DNA of 64,000 nt from Antedon mediterranea (GCF_964355755.1 NC_092673.1:16923648-16987647), one strand, 5' to 3'; numbered from the stretch's first letter, positions 51,268 through 64,000 are shown. A program made the numbers and translations. Notes: a model not told the origin generated them from the letters alone.

Positions 51268-51421
51268 GCAATTGAATTGTCGTAGCCTTTAATGCAAAGG
51301 TTTCTGTCTGATGAAATTATGTTTTACCTTTCATATTTTCAGAACAGAATGTGTAGGCTTACTTTTACACTAGAAGCTATCAGTATTAATAATTGTTAAA
51401 TGAACACGCTGTATTTTTGAA

Positions 51422-54400
51422 ATGGAAAGGTACGTTTGTTTTTTATTTCAAATCCAACAAAAATAACCAGCTCCAATATGTAAACTGTTAAAAACAAATT
51501 AAAATGTTTGAATAGTTAGCAATACTTTAAAACTTTCTTTAAAGATTATGAAATCATAAATATTACAATTAAAGGGCTCATTCTCATCAAATAAAATGAT
51601 GATATTGATTATTTCCATCAATCATCATTTTCATAAAATAGTGTAATAATTCATTATTTCTTACATTTTAACAGGTACAAATTAGTAGAAGCTTTGTTGT
51701 ACAGGAGGAGTGATTTGCAAACAATTAAACAAATTTGTAAGACGCAACCAGATCTTGTGAAATCTATCAATAAGGTATTTAAAACAAGATGTACATTATT
51801 TTTATAATATTATCAAAGAAGAAATTTAATTAAAGTTTAAAATTATAGAGATTGTAATTTTCTTTATTAGTTATTATAACATTTTTTTATATAATGAATT
51901 ACAATTATTTTGCAATATTACACTAATGATGTTGGTATAACCTGCATGCACTGATTAACAACATTAGGCTAAAAATAATAATATAAATACACACTGATGA
52001 TGGAGGTATAACCTGCATGTACTGATTAACAACATTAGGCTAAAAATAATAATATAAATACACACTGATGATGTGGGTATAACCTGCATGCACTGATTAA
52101 CCACATTAGGCTAAAAATAATAATATAAATACACACTGATGATGGGGGTATAACCTGCATGCACTGATTAACCACATTATGCTAAAAATAATAATATAAA
52201 TACACACTGATGGAGGTATAACCTGCATGCACTGATTAACCACATTAGGCTAAAAATAATAATATAAATACACACTGATGATGGAGGTATAACCTGCATG
52301 CACTGATCAACCACATTAGGCTAAAAATAATAATATAAATACACACTGATGATGGAAGCTTACCTGCATGCACTCATTAACCACATTAGGCTAAAAATAA
52401 TAATATAAATACACACTGATGATGGGGGTATAACCTGCATGTACTGATTAACAACATTAGGCTAAAAATAATAATATAAATACACACTGATGATGGAGGT
52501 ATAACCTGCATGTACTGATTTAACAACATTAGGCTAAAAATAATAATATAAATACACACTGATGATGGAGGTATAACCTGCATGTACTGATTAACAACAT
52601 TAGGCTAAAAATAATAATATAAATACACACTGATGATGGAGGTATAACCTGCGTACTGATTAACCACATTAGGCTAAAAATAATAATATAAATACACACT
52701 GATGATGGGGGTATAACCTGCATGCACTGATTAACCACATCAGGCTAAAAATAATAATATAAATACACACTGATGATGGAGGTATAACCTGCGTACTGAT
52801 TAACCACATTAGGCTAAAAATAATAATGTAAATACACACTGATGATGGAGGTATAACCTGCATGCACTGATTAACCACATTAGGCTAAAAATAATAATAT
52901 AAATACACACTGATGATGGGGGTATAACCTGCATGTACTGATTAACCACATTAGGCTAAAAATAATAATATAAATACACACTGATGATGGGGGTATAACC
53001 TGAATGTACTGATTAACAACATTAGGCTAAAAATAATATTATAAATACACACTGATGATGGGGGTATAACCTGCATGCACTGATTAACCACATTAGGCTA
53101 AAAATAATTTTATAAATACACACTGATGATGGGGATATCTGCATGCACTGATTAACCACATTAGGCTAAAAATAGTAATATAAATACACACTGATGATGG
53201 GGGTATAACCTGCATGCACTGATTAACCACATTAGGCTAAAAATAATATAAATACACACTGATGATGGAGGTATAACCTGCATGTACTGATTAACAACAT
53301 TAGGCTAAAAATAATAATATAAATACACACTGATGATGGAGGTATAACCTGCATGCACTGATTAACCACATTAGGCTAAAAATAATAATATAAATACACA
53401 CTGATGATGGGGGTATAACCTGCATGCACTGATTAACAACATTAGGCTAAAAATAATAATATAAATACACACTGATGATGGGGGTATAAACCTGCATGTA
53501 CTGATTAACCACATTAGGCTAAAAAATAATAATATAAATACACACTGATGATGGAGGTATAACCTGCATGTACTGGGGTGTTTCCATAAATTAAGGGGCC
53601 AGTGGGTATTTTAGTATTGGTGATAGTTAGTTTGCTGTTTACTCTAAATTGGTAATAGTTATTTAAAAAATGATTTTATCATATGATAGAACAATAATAT
53701 GGGTTAATACTATTACATGTTGGAAAAAAAAAATTGCCAAAAAAAACGATTTAAAAAAAAAATAAATCGTGGTGTCTAGCTCATTTTATTAAAATATGTG
53801 TGACATTTAAATACACTGACATATCAGAGTTTAAGAAATATACTACAGCAATAGTTATTTTGTATTTATTTATCATCACAATAGAGTACAAAGCAACGTT
53901 AAATATAAGCTAATTACAATTTCCCACGATTTTTTGTTTTCCACACAACGGTCCGCGACGTCCAGCATCACAACGTAACATTTCGTGTCTCACTTTGTTA
54001 CGTTGTTAGTACGATCTTTATTAGTGAACAGACACAAGAAGTACCACTATAATGACGAAAATCGAATTACATTCACTACAACAGATCACTGAAATTTACC
54101 TTACACAATGTTCTACAAAATACCGATTTTATTTAGTCAGTTACAGACGAAAAACTATTTTTTTAGAACATTTCGTGTCTCGTATATTCGTTACGTAGTT
54201 ATTCATAGACCATCGGTGGTGAACGCCGCGAGAGCTATTTCTGAAGTTGAAGGTCACGTGATTCAAGAAGCAGGCGAACTAAAGTCTCGGCGAAAAAATC
54301 ATCGCTAGGATCCGCGCTAATTTCGAGTTACAGCGGTAGAGACTTTTCGTGTCCCTCTGTTACGTTGTTTCAACTGTTACGTTGTAAATAACTTCCACGC

Positions 54401-57400
54401 GCTTCATTGCATGTAAGTTTTGTGTATTTTTATATTGTTAGTTTTTAGAATTTAGAAAATAGTGGGTTATAATGAAAAATACAAGAAAATTAAACACCAA
54501 AACTATCTTCGTACTCTAACGTCAACATCATAGTCAAAAACTGGGTGTCGTATACACAATGAGACACGGTTACGTTGGTAGTTTGTTGATACTATATAGG
54601 CCTAGTTGATATTTATTTTAATGTGGTAGGAATGTTGTTTATCTCATAGCAGCTTCATAATGTATACCCAATGAACAGATATGTCTATAATTGATTAATA
54701 TTTAACAAATTAATGAGCAAAATTGCAAAACATTTTCCACTAGGCAGGTTACAGCGTAACATCGTAGAAGATACGCCGTGTCTTGTTACGTAGTGTACTA
54801 GACCTTATACCGGTGTAGTATTTTGCAAATAATTAGCAATTAGTTACCATAAAATCTTTAAATTTTACATTATGTGTTTGCTATTTGGTTATTGCTTCTA
54901 TATGACACAGAAAAATAAAAAGTTATTTAATTATTGTCACAAGAAATAGGGATAAAAGTCCATAGTTTACAACCACTTTCGTTTTTGACTATTCTATTTG
55001 TTACTGTAAGAAAAAAAAGAATTGTATTTGGTTCATTTCAGTTATAATAAAAAACATATTACACAAAATAATGTGTAATATTAATACATAATTTTGTTTA
55101 TTTATTTAACGTTGCTATTCGACAAGATAAAATATGAATTAAATGTTTACTATAATATACATTTAAAATACCCTCCACTATAGTGAGCGAGTCCAAGCAA
55201 CTTGGTTGTCGCGTATGCGCGCCTATCATATTTGGGCGATTTCACTTGATGTGTAGGGAATATTTAACTTGTTTCAATTACAATCTACGGAAGATATACT
55301 AAGGTTTTATAAATTTAATAATAATTAATAACTTCATTTAAATTGATAAAAACAATTACATATAATATAAACGCAAGGCTGTGGATAACAATTTATTATG
55401 AACGAAATCAAATCAAAACAACAAAGAACAATAGGTTCTCCTATAGTAATAGGATAGTATTACCACGTGCTTGGGCAATGAACTCTGCTCCACATTGCGA
55501 TAAGTTTATTTTTAGCTGGCTCGGCGACTCCGAAGCTGAAAGGGGTGACTGGTATTTCTACAGGTCTGTACGATAATTATTAAGGGTTTTCCGAAATATC
55601 ACGTGCTTGGCTAATGAGCTCTCCTCCACATTGAGATCGCGTTTATTTTTTAGCTGACTCGGCGACTCCGGCGGTATTTCTACAGCGACAGTGTATATAC
55701 TCCATGTACGATAATTATTAATAGGGTTTTCCGAAACACCACGTGCTTGGCTAATAAAATTCTCCTCCAAATTGAGATCGCGTTTATTTTTAGCTGTTCA
55801 GTTTGGTGAACCTTTATTTTTTAATTTTTATTGAAAACCAACGTGATTGCTGGCTCGGCGACTCCCGGTGCTCAAATGGAGTGACTGGTATCATTTCGGT
55901 CATGGTTCGGTGAACCTTTATTTTGTTGGCCAAAACCCACACGCTTGCTTCGTCGGCTCCCTACAAAGAGATCGCGCTTAGTTTAATGGGGAACCTTTAT
56001 TTACTCTTCGTTTTAAATATATTCCATAGACTTCAATATTATAACTAATCTACTGTTTTCCCGATGTGGTTTAAAAACAATTATAAAAGAATGAGAAATA
56101 AAGTCAACAGACATTTTACAACATTTAAAAATAATACGTAAACAACATTTATACCCAGTATAACTAAGACAAAATTATCAGTAACATATTAATTTTATTA
56201 TAATAATAAAATGATAATAATAAATATTTGATGAATAAAATTAATATTTTAAACTAATAATCTGAAAAGAAAGCAATAGTTTTAGTCAAATTAATTTATG
56301 AGCATAACTCAAGAAAGACAAATATATAGGCCTACAGTGTTCATTTATTGTTTTATAATTAATAATAATAAATATTATAATCCATCAACATAAGATAAGA
56401 AAACACTTTCTTTAGTATAGTAGGCCTAACATATTTTATAATAATAATAGATATATTTATTTTTATTTAAATTGGTATAATTTATATTAAAAATACTTAA
56501 TTACATACTTTATATTTCTATATGATGATGAATCAAATTTAACCCAGATGGGCAAATCTAATGTTTCATTGTCATTTTTTTCATTTATACAGATCAACAG
56601 TTTATCAACAATGTTACCGTTCCAATTGAGAACTGCATTTAACCCCGAAAATAGAGATGCCGCATCAACAAAAAGACCAACCAAAGAAACATCAGCACAC
56701 AGACGGTTCTCGAATATACAGTAATTTCAGCGTAAAAAAAATATTACATAACTGAAATTAAATTATTAAACAGGGTTACATCAGGTGGTTAAAATCAGCA
56801 CTGAAAGTACGAACCAACTTTATATACCATTGAGTAAACATTTTAGAAGTAATGCGCGATTTACCAAATTTTTCCCTTACGTAAATTTATGTAGATTATA
56901 CGTTTTAATGATTGAACAAGAGTGTTAATGCGAAGTATATCCAAATGTATTCTCAATGATTTTACTGTAAATGACTATTAATAGTATATTTTAGCAGTTT
57001 GTTGTGTGCAGTAGTAATTACAGTTGTCACACTTTAAAAATAATGTAGTAGTTCTTGTTGACTTATTTAAGTGAACTTTTTGGTGTCTCTGTTACACGTG
57101 AAAACTTCAATTTTTTATTGCATGAATTATATTGTTTTATTGATTAAAAGATAGTATTTGATATACAATTTTTACCAGTTTATCAATTGTATGCAGTAGT
57201 AACCACATTTGTTACACTTTAAAAATGGCTGCATATCAAACCATTTCATAAAACATTGTGACGAGTTAAAGTGAACATTTGGTGTCTCCGTTACACGTGA
57301 AATCTTCCATTTATATTTCATGAACCATATTGTTTTATTTCCACATAGAGGTATGATCCTGATTTGACTTGTTGCTAGTAAATGTATATACTTGAGGTAT

Positions 57401-60400
57401 ATTCTGTTCATTTCTGTATTGTTTACATGTAATTTTTAAACAGCAGTAACTTTACAAATCTTTTATATAGAAATTAAGTCAACTTTAACGGCTTTGCATA
57501 ATTATTTCATAAGCTATTTTTTAAATTTGAAAAGGTGTGATTTAAATAATATTTTTCTGCATTGAAGATGTTCCCAAAAGCTATTTAAAAATCCAATTTA
57601 AACAGTTTTAGGTTATTAATAATAACTTATAAGAGGGGTAGATAATGTGATTTTGGTGTCTCCGTTACACGTGAAATTTGCTATGCATGTTGATACTATA
57701 TAAATGCTGTTACATAGAGACAACAGATTTAATGTGTATTTTGCTTTTTTTTTTTAGTTCAAGTACATGATATACTATTTAGAATTGATTATTAGACTTA
57801 GAATGTCACACTTTGAAATTCTGACCCTAATGTCACACCTTGGCCCCTTTATTTATGGAAACACCCACTGATTAACAACATTAGGCTAAAAATAATAATA
57901 TAAATACAAACTGATGATGGAGGTATAACCAGCATGCACTGATTAACCACATTAGGCTAAAAATAATAATATAAATACACACTGATGATGGATGCACTGA
58001 TTAACAACATTAGGCAAAAAATAATAATATAAATACACACTGATGATGGAGGTATAACCTGCATGCACTGATTAACCACATTAGGCTAAAAATAATAATA
58101 TAAATACAAACTGATGATGGAGGTATAACCAGCATGCACTGATTAACCACATTAGGCTAAAAATAATAATATAAATACACACTGATGATGGGGGTATAAC
58201 CTGCATGCACTGATTAACCACATTAGGCTAAAAATAATAATATAAATAAATCAAAGCTTAGCAGAATCTAAATGAAGCATACAAAACATGATATTGTGAA
58301 AAATGTTACAATTAGAGAAAAAGTAAAGACTTACAATAAACCAAATAAAAAACTAAATAGTTAATATGATTTATAAACTGATTTAAAGTGTACAGTTACC
58401 TATCAAATAACATAAATCTTTAATTTTCTCAATGAAAAATCTTCATAATAGTAACCTACAATAATAATAATATCCTGGATTTATATAGCGCCTAATGTTG
58501 TTAAACCTCTAAGCGCTGAACATTTTCCTGATCAAACACCTATGGAAACATTCTCCCATAACGCAGCTAGTAATAAGCGCAAAGTTGTGTCTTGATCTAA
58601 GCGGGTTCCCAATTATACACCTGGATGGAGAGAGGCAAACGTAAGTAAAGTATTATCTTGCCTAAGGATACAAGCAATGCAGCGAGAGTTGGATTCGAAA
58701 CTCGATCTCACGATCAGCAGTCCAACGTCCTTACAATGTTGTTAACATTTTTATGACCTTAAAACAAATATAAATTGCTCATTATTACTGTATGTACTTT
58801 AACTAGATAACGATTGACAATGGTCTAATTAATTGTAAATACGAAATAAAATGGGACATGCTACATTGACTATTAATAAAATAACAAATTAAAAAAGGTT
58901 TATGTTAAAAATAGAATCTGATTTCAATAAAAAAGGATTATTAATTGTTAATAACCTGCTCCCGCCCTTTACTTACAGTACTTTACAACAAAATACTTCT
59001 GTCAGTCTTATCACATACAGTATGAATATGGGCTTAAAAGAGATCCTTTTCCAAACAAACATTTTGCACAAAAGGAAGAAAAATGTTTAGTTTAGTAAAA
59101 ATGTTAGAAATTTAATATGAAATTATTCTTTTCAAACAGTGCCGTATCTTATCTTATGACTTTTTGGAAAAAATGATTCTATTAAAGTTGCCAGTTAAAA
59201 TTTGATATACTGGTAATTAAGTGCCCACAGATGGTTCTCGAATAAATAAACTTCAGTAAATAACTGAAAATTGTCTAAGTCGCACTGTACACAAAGCAAA
59301 TAAATACAGATATGTTGGAATTTATGTAGTCAAATATAATTGTCATCCTGAGAATTACCTTAATTTTGTTTATTACATGGTATTGTTCACCAAATTCCTG
59401 TCTTGGTACATTTGATGATGGGATGGTATCGGGCTTCATGATATGATATGATTTTCATCAAGGCAAATGGTTTAAATTAAATTTGTTATCGTTAATATCT
59501 AACTTAACTTAATTATGATATTGGTTTCATTGGGTGTTAAAAATCAGTACTGAAAGGATGTACCAACTTTCTCTACCATATTCTATTTTGTTCTCATTAT
59601 TATTATTATTGACCACATTATTTAGCAGTAATTCTTGCTATGGTTTGGGTTGACAAAAAAACCCCATTTTCACATAATGTCTGTTGTCAATATTATACAC
59701 CAGCAACATTGCGAAAGAAAGATGGTGACACTCCATTACATGCATATTTGTATATGTATTCAGTACCTACCTTAGAAATAGTAACATGTCTCACACAGCG
59801 TGGTTCAGTAACATGGCAAAATAAGGCAGTGTACATGAATAATAACTTACATTAAGTAATAGGCTAAAGTAAGCCCATTAACAAAAATCAAATTTTATTA
59901 AAAGAAACCAAATTAAAATAATAACTAAACAGTTGTATATGATTTATGATAACTGATTTAAAGTATACAGTTATCTATCAAATAACATTTATCTTTTTTC
60001 TTAATGAACAAAAACAATCTACTTGTAATTTTTTATATTCAGGTGAATCAGTATAATTTTGTTTAAATATTTTTGACCGTAAAACAAATATAAATTGCTC
60101 ATATGTAGCTGTAAAGATAACAATGATTGACAATGGTCTAATTAATTGTAAAGATGAAATAAAATGGGACTACATTGATTAATAATAAAATAACAAATAA
60201 AAAAGGTTTATGTTACAAAAAATTAATAGAATCTGATTTTAATAACAAATAATTATTAATTAATAACCTGCTCCCTCTCTTACCTTACAAAAAAAATGCT
60301 TTCCTTTCCAGGATGGTAACATTCCATTACATTCATATCTGAGGATTGAATATACACAACCTACCTTAGAAATAGTGACGTGATGATAATTATGATTATT

Positions 60401-61683
60401 TACCACAATATTTAGTAGCAATTGTTGTTGTTTGTATTGACAAAAAACAAACAATTTCACATAATGTCTGTTGTCAGTATTTATATTACCTCATTATGAT
60501 TCCTTTCCAGTTTGGTAACACTCTATTACATACATATCTGAGGAGTGGATATCCACTTACCTTAGAAATAGTGACGTGTCTCATTCAGCATGGGACACCA
60601 GTAGCATTGCAAAATGAGGTAATGTACAGGGATTTGCTGGTGTAATAGGCTAACATTCTATAGATCTGCTGTGGTAAACCATTCTATTTTGTTCTACTCA
60701 TTTATTAATAATGATAATTATGATTATTTACCACAATATTTAGCAGCAATTGTTGTTGTTTGTATTGACAAAAAACAAACAATTTCACATAATGTCTGTT
60801 GTCAGTATTTATATTACCTCATTATGATTCCTTTCCAGTTTGGTGAAACTCCATTACATTTATATCTGGGGAATGTACGTACACCTACCTTAGAAATAGT
60901 GACGTGTCTCATTCAGCATGGGACACCAGTAGCATTGCAAAATGGGGTAATGTACAGGGATTTGCTAGTGTAATAAGCTAACAATAACATTATATAGATC
61001 TGATGAAGCAAACCATTCTATTTTGTTCTACTCATTTATTAATAATGATAATTATGATTATTTACCACAATATTTAGCAGCAATTGTTGTTGTTTGTATT
61101 AACAAAAAACAAACAATTTCACATAATGTCTGTTGTCAGTATTTATATTACCTCATTATGATTCCTTTCCAGTATGGTAACACTCCATTACATTCATATC
61201 TGAGGAGTGGATATGCACCTACCTTAGAAATAGTGACTTGTCTCATTCAGCATGGGGCACCAGTAGCATTGCAAAATAAGGTATTGTACAGGGATTTGCT
61301 AGTGTAATAGGCTAACATTATATAGATCTGATGAAGTGAACCATTCAGCAGTAATTGTTGTTGTTTGTATTTACCAAAAAAAAAACAATTTCACATAATG
61401 TCTGTTGTCAGTATTTATAAACTTCATTATGATTCCTTTCCAGGATGGTGACACTCCATTACATATATATCTGAGGAGTAGTTTTGTTTTGATTTAGATA
61501 TTCATTTATAAGTCAACTATAATTGTAATGTGTTGTTGTTGTTTTAATATTTCATTTGTATCTGGATAGTATCCAAATATTATTTTCTTTGAAAGTTTAT
61601 AGTAAAACTATTTGTTGTTTTATATTATGGCTCAAACATTTTAACACATCTACCTACTGTTCCAAAGTAAACTTTTATTCAAT

Positions 61684-61717
<34 letters not shown>

Positions 61718-62118
61718 CATCTTTCAATGTTGAAGGAGGTAGACTATAAACAGCAGCGCTTAAGTTTTGGTTTGGATACAGGAGTTATAGGTGGCGCACT
61801 GTACAAATTGATGTCATTTATTGGCAAATAGTAATTTCTATTCACGTCCTAATTTACAACCAATGTTAAAAAATAGTAAATCTATGTGTTATCACGTGAT
61901 GCTCTTTCCTCCAATATCTAGATGGTAAATGTTTGAGCCATGACTGTATGTATGTGATGCGTAATTAAAGTGTGTTATATTGTATATCAATAATTTCTCA
62001 AAACTACTAATAACTAACCCATTTTTTTAATAGGATGGAAATACACCTGTCTCAGTTTTACAAAATAACTGGAGGATAAGGGACCAGAGTAAAACTGAAA
62101 TTTTAAACTTCTTTAAAA
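51422..62118 (+). CDS. Ankyrin-repeat gene, 5' part (continues beyond window)
   Basis: Exons 51422-51429 (ATG GAA AG), 51675-51774 (N-cap), 60511-60618, 60839-60946, 61173-61280 (one ankyrin repeat each, G.TPLH...LEIVTCLIQHGA.V..QN) and 62034-62118 (DGNTPV C-cap). Phases are consistent. Confidence 0.8.
51675..51774 (+). CDS. Ankyrin gene N-cap exon (YKLVEALLYRRSDLQTIKQICKTQPDLVKSINK)
   Basis: ttaacag acceptor and gtattt donor; phase 2 to 0 joins the ATG exon to the phase-0 ANK exons. Confidence 0.7.
51920..58248. repeat. 71-bp intronic minisatellite (51920-53575 and 57867-58248) split by a transposon
   Basis: The unit resumes in register after the insertion. Confidence 0.9.
53576..57866. 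mobile_element. Non-autonomous DNA transposon, Sola2-like
   Basis: 26-bp TIR gggtgtttccataaat(t/a)aaggggcca, 4-bp TSD actg, internal gtgtctc..gttac motifs; no transposase ORF recognised. Confidence 0.75.
58455..58735 (-). mobile_element. tRNA-derived SINE
   Basis: Minus strand has a B-box-like gtttcgaatcc, ccttaggcaag core and ggcgctatataaat + (att)n tail; absent from the paralogous intron at 59880-60290. Confidence 0.7.
59721..59825 (+). pseudogene. Ankyrin pseudo-exon (DGDTPLHAYLYMYSVPTLEIVTCLTQRGSVTWQNK)
   Basis: Open frame, but the pyrimidine tract and in-frame AG are replaced and the donor reads GC. Confidence 0.7.
60312..60383 (+). pseudogene. Truncated ankyrin pseudo-exon (DGNIPLHSYLRIEYTQPTLEIVT*)
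   Basis: Intact acceptor; a deletion fuses it to intron sequence and creates TGA. Confidence 0.75.
60511..60618 (+). CDS. Ankyrin repeat exon (FGNTLLHTYLRSGYPLTLEIVTCLIQHGTPVALQNE)
   Basis: 108 nt, phase 0/0, cctttccag acceptor and gtaatg donor. Confidence 0.85.
60839..60946 (+). CDS. Ankyrin repeat exon (FGETPLHLYLGNVRTPTLEIVTCLIQHGTPVALQNG)
   Basis: 108 nt, phase 0/0. Confidence 0.88.
61173..61280 (+). CDS. Ankyrin repeat exon (YGNTPLHSYLRSGYAPTLEIVTCLIQHGAPVALQNK)
   Basis: 108 nt, phase 0/0. Confidence 0.88.
61444..61482 (+). pseudogene. Truncated ankyrin pseudo-exon (DGDTPLHIYLRS)
   Basis: Intact acceptor; homology stops after about 12 codons. Confidence 0.7.
62034..62118 (+). CDS. 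Ankyrin C-cap exon (DGNTPVSVLQNNWRIRDQSKTEILNFFK)
   Basis: taatag acceptor and gtaagt donor; GNTP start. Confidence 0.8.
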
Positions 62119-62856
62119 GTAAGTGAAATTTTAATTATTAAAATTTTGGAATCAACTAGTTTTCATTACAAACGATAAAGATTTGATTTCTTGTCCCAAA
62201 TGAAGAAGAATGCCCATATCAAAACTAGAAAATTAGCATTTATGATATCATTCACATGTTCAGATGGCAATAGATTAAATAATCCACTGGGATTGTAGTA
62301 TACATGGAAGTTGTGATATGTTGCAAGATGTAAAAACCTTATTTTTTATGATTTGAAAATTGCAAATAAATTAGAAAAATTATTTTGCCATTACGATAAA
62401 AATACACAAAAATGCAAACTTTAAAATTCCTTTGAATTAACAATATTGAATAAATTAGGCCACACTTTTTTTTTTATGGAACGTCATTTTTCACATCAAA
62501 TCAATCTCTTTATTCATCAATACATCAAAACAATTATACATAAACAAAATAAAGATGTGAAGATGAAAGAGACCTCCATGAAACCCAAAGGGGCTTGTGA
62601 TAAAAGGCCCACTATAAGCTAGTTACAAAAAAGACATACAAAAAATAAATTAATAAAATTGATAAAAAATCCTGTATAGACAAATACACGGGATGCGCAT
62701 TGTTAAGGAATATTTGAACTTTATTAATTGCATATAAATGTAAATGTATTTATTTTTTTTTTTAATGTAATCTATTTTATATATAATGGTAATATTTAAA
62801 ATATGTATTCGCAATCGAGGCAAACAATTTACGATAGGAGGAGATAAATATTGAAT

Positions 62857-62958
62857 TTAACAAGGCCATATAGATGGCTGCAGTCGCTTGCTCAAGTTAG
62901 TGTTTACCAACCGACCGACATAGTGAGTTGTAGAGTGGCGTTGCACGTGACTAAAAAT
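62857..62958 (+). mobile_element. Diverged copy of the short Helentron/HINE-like element
   Basis: ccgaccgacatagtgagttgtagagtggcgttgcacgtgactaaaaa. Confidence 0.55.
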
Positions 62959-64000
62959 CTTATTTTCTTGTTAATCCCATTTTTTGTTTCCACAATGAAT
63001 GAATTTTCTTCACATACTTTTAAGCCAGCTTAAGAATACTATTTCTCTGTATGTAAAATTAAGCATCATACATAATGTATTTTACCTTGGCTCCTACAAT
63101 TGTATTATCTTACGACTTACTTCCCATGCAAATAGGCACAAAATAATAAGTAATATTTGAGCATAAACGCTTAAATAATTGTAAAAGTTGTTATAAATTA
63201 ATGAGCTTTCAGTAGAGTACTTACACACAGAATAATAGAATATAAAGTTTTATACTTATAAGGTTTCCTTCCACACATACTATGTTTTATTAATTATTAT
63301 CTTACATGTTTATATAATTATTATTTTATGTATTTTTAATATGTGTGGAGAATATTTATTTAATATTTATTGAATATTGCATAAACGAATTGAATTGAAT
63401 TGCAAATATTTATCCTTGGCTTGGTGTAGGCCTACTAAAAAAGGTTGAGAATACAGAACAAAAATTTATAGTAATGTATGACAATGTTTAACAAACTTGT
63501 ATATGCTAAGGAACTTTCTTATCCAATACATACAAGATTAAACCATTATGTAAGAGTTAAAAATCTATTTCAAAGACCCATTCCCTACAAATTTCGACGT
63601 TTTGTAAAAATAATGCATATATATTACTTTAAAAACATTAAACCAGGGTATTCCTTGTCTTAGATGTACGTTTTATGGTAAATTATGATAAAAAGAGAGA
63701 AACAATGCACTACCTAAGTAGCTCGCGGTTTAATATTATAAAGTTTATTAAAATCATTAATAAACTTATATTTCTTCTCAACTTTCTGATCGTACCAGAC
63801 GTAGCCATTGCCAGTGGAACAAAGGAAATCGTTCACTTGTTTAGCCCAACAATGTTCATTTCTATTAGTTGAAACATGTAACATTTAAAAGGAAATCTAT
63901 TTTTCCATTTCAATGATTTGTAACCAATAATGAATAATAGAAATAAAGCAATCAATGTTTTAGAGATAGTCTGCCTAATTCTGATCTGACAGCCACGTTG

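Noticed and set aside
21910-53575. CRISPR-like appearance of the regular arrays
   Set aside because: Units are contiguous with no unique spacers, there are no cas genes, and the DNA is eukaryotic.
56592-56724. Exon-like segment inside the Sola2-like element
   Set aside because: An acceptor is present, but there is no recognisable peptide or convincing partner exon.

Overview
AT-rich, intron-containing animal DNA, probably a marine invertebrate (taxon is an inference). It is not prokaryotic, and most ORF-track entries are artefacts of tandem repeats. (1) 100-20215 (+): the 3' part of a spliced ROCO gene. Nineteen phase-consistent GT-AG exons encode Roc GTPase, COR, a Cys/His motif, micro-exon linkers and a tandem death-effector-domain (DED) exon. 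(2) About 48478-48715: a decayed DED paralogue exon. (3) 51422-62118 (+): the 5' part of a gene whose ankyrin repeats are each a 108-nt phase-0 exon in a tandem intron+exon cassette. The introns are nearly identical, exon differences are almost all non-synonymous at binding-surface positions, and broken cassettes are interspersed. Together these suggest a diversifying innate-immune receptor cluster. The rest is transposon-rich: a four-level nest in ROCO intron 2 (including a Penelope-like element with inverted hammerhead ribozyme motifs), Academ-, Sola2-, hAT-, piggyBac-, Kolobok- and CACTA-like elements, Helitron/Helentron ends, LINEs, SINEs and about a dozen unrelated minisatellites.
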